NCBI RefSeq assembly: GCF_963921235.1
Contig: NC_086108.1
Location: 104,472,001 to 104,536,000, forward strand
Length of the DNA: 64,000 nt
Direction: 5' to 3'
DNA from: Mobula hypostoma
Lineage: Eukaryota
Every line of letters begins with the position of its first letter. The stretch's first letter is position 1. Positions 59,600 through 64,000 of this stretch are shown here, in pieces. The notes under the pieces are model-generated. The model was not told the origin of the DNA, searched no databases, and saw only the letters and a program-made list of their open reading frames with translations. Both the position numbers and the translations under genes were made by a program.

Positions 59600-61795
59600 A
59601 GGCTCTTCAGCTCAAGTAGTCTATGCTGATCTGATCTCCTGCCTAGTCCATTCTGCCTGCATCCAGACCATACGCTATCCATATACTGATCCAAGCTCCC
59701 CTTAAATGTTACAGCTGAAACTATATTTACCTCTTCTGCTGACAGCTTCCACACTCGCATCATCCTCTGAGAGGAGTTTCTTCCCAAATTCCCCTTAAAT
59801 ATTTCACCTTTCACCATAAACCCACAACCTCTATTTCTGGTCTCATCTAGCCTGAGAGGAAAATGCCCGCAAGCATTCGCCTTATCTATTCTCCTCATAC
59901 TTCTGTTTCTCTCCATAAAACCTCCCCTCTTTCTCCTACACTCCAGGGAATAAAGTCCTAACCTTTTTCATCTTTCCCTATAAATCAGGTCCCCAAGTCT
60001 CGGCAACATCCTTGTAAGTTTTCTCTGTACTCTTTCAATCATGTTGATATATTTTTCTGTATGTAGGTGACTAGAACTGCACAGAATACTACCAGACCAG
60101 ATTGGCCTTTCCAATGTCTTATGAAACTTCAACATGAAATCCTATCTCCTGTACTGAATACTTTGATTTATGAGGGTGAATGTGCCCAAGCCTTTCTTTA
60201 TGACTGCTTCCACCAGTGATGTCATTTTCAAGGAATTATGGACCTGTATTCCCAGATCCCTCTGCTCTACCACGACTTTCAGTGTCCAACTTCTCACCAT
60301 GTAAGAGCTACCCTGACTGGTCCTCCCAAAGTGCAAGACCTCACACTTGTCTGCATTAAATTCCATCTGCCATTTTTCCAGCTGATCCAGATCCCGCTAC
60401 AAGCCTTGATAGTCTTCCTCGCTGTCCACTACACTCTAGTCTTGGTGTCATCTGCAAACTTGCTGACCAAGTTAACCACATTATCATCCAGATCATTGAT
60501 AGAGATGACAAACAACCATGGAACCAGCACCGATCCCTGTGGCACATCACTAGTCACAGGTCTCCAGTGACAGAAGCAACCATCTACTATCACTCTCCAG
60601 CTTCTTCCCTGAGGCCAATATTCAATCCAATATACTCCCTCTTCTGCCATTTACCACCTGGTCCAGATCCTGCTGCAAGCTGCATGCTTTGATAGCTTCC
60701 CTCACTGTCCACTATAGCTTTAATGTTGGTGTCAACTGCAAATCTGGGAGTTTGTGCATTCTCCCTGTGACCACGTGGCTTTCCTATAGATGCTCCAATT
60801 TCCTTCCACAGCTCAAAGATGTACCGGTTGGTAGGTGTATTTGTCATTGCAAATTGTCCCAGGATTATGCAAGCAGTAAATAGATGGGTTGCTAGGCAGT
60901 GGGGCTCGATGAGCCTGAAGGGCCTGATCTGCACTGTATCTCCAAATGAAATTTTAAAAATTGCTGATCCAATATACCAGATAATTATCCAAATCATTAC
61001 ATCCTATCTCCTGTACTCAATATTACAGATGCTCAGATGGGCATCTCTAGTCGGCATGAACCAGTTGTTTCTGTGCTGTATGACTCTCTTACTCTTTTTC
61101 CATCTTCTGCTTGCATCTGAGTCCTTTCATATCTCGGATCCACCTTATGTCTCTTCTTTTCATCACTTCCTGTGCTTGCATTGAAGTAAAAGTCTCATAT
61201 ATGGGAATATACAGCCAAGGGTATAATGTTGAGCACTGGTGAGGCCTCACTTGGAGGATTGTGAGCAGTTTTGGACCCCTTACCTAAGAAAGCATTCAAA
61301 GGAAGTTCACAAAAATGATTATGGGATTGAAAGGCTTATCATATGAGGAGCATTGGATGGCTCTGGGCCTCTGCTCACTGGAATTCAGAAGATTCTGAAG
61401 AATGGGTGGGTGAGGGGAGAGATTTCAATTGAACCTGTTGACTGTTGAAAGGTCTCGATAGAGTGGGTGTGGAGGGGATGTTTCCTATGGTGGGAGAGCC
61501 TAAAGCTGGAGGACACAGACTCAGAATAGAGGGATGTCCTTTCTGAATGGAGATGAGGAGAAATTTCTTCAGCCAGAGAGTGGCGAATCTGTGGAGTTCA
61601 TTGCCATAGGTGGCTGTAAGGGCAAGTCTTTATGTATATTTGAGGCGAGGTTGATACATTCTTGATTAGTCAGGGCATGAAAGGATACAGGGAGAAGGCA
61701 GGAGATTGGGGCTGAGAGGGAATTGAATCAGCCATGATGAAATGTTGAGTAAACAATGGGCCAGTTGGCCCAATTCCGCTCCTATATCTTATCTA
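59600..61795. mobile_element. CR1 fragments (minus ~59600-60745, plus ~61200-61795)
   Basis: VPQGSVLVP..INDLD..KFADDTK and MEFNADKCEVLHFG on minus; a typical CR1 3' end on plus. Confidence 0.8.
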
Positions 61796-61831
61796 TGCAT
61801 TTTTCTACATTGAAGCAATGACATTACTCAC

Positions 61832-61926
61832 TTAAGCTTGTGACTGGCAGGCTCTCGATTGGTACTTTGTTTCCATCAATTGTCAGCAGGAGATCTCCTG
61901 TCATCGTGGACTCTATCTTTATTATG
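61832..61926 (-). CDS. vtg: Vitellogenin exon, 5th from last
   Basis: Acceptor tttccttttgataaag|, donor |gtgagt, 95 nt, after an 86-nt intron. In phase with the previous exon (AG+C = Ser). Encodes IIKIESTMTGDLLLTIDGNKVPIESLPVTSL (Vtg 'VNG.EIP...LP' region). Confidence 0.9.
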
Positions 61927-62012
61927 CTTTATCAAAAGGAAAGACAATTCATTATCTAAAATATGAATCAGTTGAAAGCTTCTCATCCGCCAACTACATG
62001 GGTGTTGCTTAC

Positions 62013-62190
62013 CTGAAATGCAAATTTAACTGTAAGGTCAGAAATTCTGCATAACGAGTTATCAGTGCTACGAACTTCATGTCTGAGGTACAGTCCTGGA
62101 CGAGTATGTGGGAACATCCTTCAGGCATTTTATATTTAAAACTGTTCTCACTAAATGGCGTGAACATGTCTTGGACAACCGTGCACTCAG
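62013..62190 (-). CDS. vtg: Vitellogenin exon (start of VWD / beta'-component), 6th from last
   Basis: Minus strand: acceptor ttctttttcag|, donor |gtaagc, 178 nt. Encodes (x)ECTVVQDMFTPFSENSFKYKMPEGCSHILVQDCTSDMKFVALITRYAEFLTLQLNLHF, matching the vertebrate Vtg pattern EC..TF....KMP..C....QDCT..KF. Paralog not assigned. Confidence 0.92.
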
Positions 62191-62999
62191 CTGAAAAAGA
62201 AATAACTTTATTTATTCATTTGAGATACAGAGTGGAATAGGCCCTTCCGGCCCTTTGAGTCACGCCATCCTGCAATCCCCCGACAACCCCCGATTTAATC
62301 CTAACCACAGGACTCATACCATCAGGTTCAGGTTGAGGGGTAATAAAAGTTCCTGAACCTGGTGGTGTGAGTCCTATGCCTCCTGTACCTCCTTCTGGAA
62401 GGCAGCAGCGAGAAGAGAGCATACCCTGGGTGGTGGGGGTGCCTAACGATAGATGCTGCTTTCCTGTGACAGTGTTTCTTGTAGCGGTGCTCGATAGTGC
62501 AGAGGGCTTTACCCGTGATAGACTGGGCTGGAGCCACTGCATTTTGTAGGATTTTCCATTTAAGGACAACCAGCCAATATACTCTCCACCACATACCTAT
62601 AGAAATTGGTCAACGTTTTAGACGTCCTGAAGAAAGAAATACAATAGAATCTTGAAAAGCCGTACATAATCAAAGACTGACAAATAATAAAGGTGCCAAA
62701 GAAGACAAAATGTGCAAAAAAAATACTGAGAGTATGAGTCTACTTATTTATTGACATACATCACGGAGTGGGCTATTTTTCCCCCATTTAATCCTAGCCT
62801 AATCACAGGACAATTTATAATGACCAATTAACCTATCAAACAGTATGTCTTTGGACTCTGGGAAGAAACTGGAAGCTGAGAGGAAACCCATGCAGTTACA
62901 CGGAGAATGTACAAACTCCTTACAGGCAGCAGCGGGAATTGAACCAGGATCACGTGTACTGTAAAGCGTTGTGCTAACCACTACACTACCATGTCATCC

Positions 63000-63830
63000 C
63001 ATGAGAAGGAGAAGCTAAAGTCAGATGTATCAGTATTACAGTGAAGTAAAGGGAATTACAGAGGCATGAGAGAGGAGTTGGGCAGAATTGATTGGAAAAG
63101 AACACTGGCAAGGATAATGGCAGAGCAATAATGGCTGGAATTTCTGGAGGCAATTCGAAGGCACAGGAAATACAGTATACATCCCAAAGAGGAAGGAGTA
63201 TTCTAAAGGGAAGATGAAACATTCATGGCTAACAAGAGAAGTCAAAGCCAACATAAAAGCCAAAGAAGATCATATAATAGAACAAAAATTAGTTGGAAGT
63301 TAGAGGATTGGGAAGCTTTCAAATACCAACAGAAAGCAACATTTCATTAAGAAGGTAAAGATGTAATACAAAAGTGAGCGAGCCAATAATATTAAAGAGG
63401 ATACCAAAAGTTTCTTCAGATACATGAAGAGTAAAAGGGAGACAAGAATGGGTATTGGGCCACTGGAAAATGATGCTGGAGAAGTAGTAATGGGGGACAA
63501 TGAAATGGCAGATGAATTGAATAAGTATTTTGCATTAATCTTCACTATGGAAAACACTAGCATTATTGTGGGAGTTCCAGGTGTCTGAATAGAAGGAAGA
63601 GGGTAGTTGGGAAGATGTTGAAATTGATTGTTAAGGATGTGGTTTCGGGGTATTTGGAGGGTCATAATAAAATGGGATATAGTCAGCATGTTTTCCTCTT
63701 GTCTGATTAATCTGTTGGAGTTCTTTGAAAATATAACAAACAGGATAGATAAGGGAAAATTGGTTGATGTGTATTTTGATTTTCAGGTCTTTGACAAGGT
63801 GCCACACATGAGGCTGCTTAACAAACTACG
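63000..63830 (+). mobile_element. CR1 ORF2 fragment with an internal deletion
   Basis: gatgaattgaataagtattttgc region and SCLINLLEFFE...DFQ.FDKVPHMRLL. Confidence 0.78.
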
Positions 63831-64000
63831 AGCTTCAACATAAGGAGAACTTTACACATACTAGAACAGGTTATTACGAACGGAACAGAAACAATGGTTG
63901 TGGGACTAGACGCTGAGAAAGCCTTTGATTCAGTTAGTTGGGTGTTCCTACATAGAGTGTTGGGAAGATTCGGCTTTCAAGGAAAGTTTATTAAAGTAAT
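63831..64000 (+). mobile_element. L1/Tx1-like RT fragment running off the window
   Basis: NIRRTLHILEQ...VVGLDAEKAFDSVSWVFLHRVLGRFGF. Confidence 0.8.

Overview
This is vertebrate nuclear DNA, not prokaryotic. The repeat set (CR1, L1/Tx1, Rex1, RTE, Penelope-like, Gypsy, hAT, Tc1, V-SINEs) suggests a cartilaginous fish, probably a ray; that is an inference. Most of the window is decayed transposable elements. Among them are the last six coding exons of a minus-strand vitellogenin gene (62013-62190, 61832-61926, 57322-57416, 55204-55363, 49589-49750, 38162-38283). These splice in phase through GT-AG introns into an open ~270-codon VWD/beta'-component and C-terminal region, followed by polyA signals. 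Four of the six exons are absent from the ORF track. Downstream of the gene is a deeply nested insertion stack (PLE > CR1 > hAT > Gmr1-type LTR element > full-length L1 > PLE hairpin), with most junctions resolvable by target-site duplications. Also present: minimal hammerhead ribozyme motifs in Penelope termini, a twin-primed 5'-inverted L1, and a SINE that shares its 3' tail with an RTE LINE. Family names come from motif recognition by eye, not database searches. Boundaries of old repeats are approximate.
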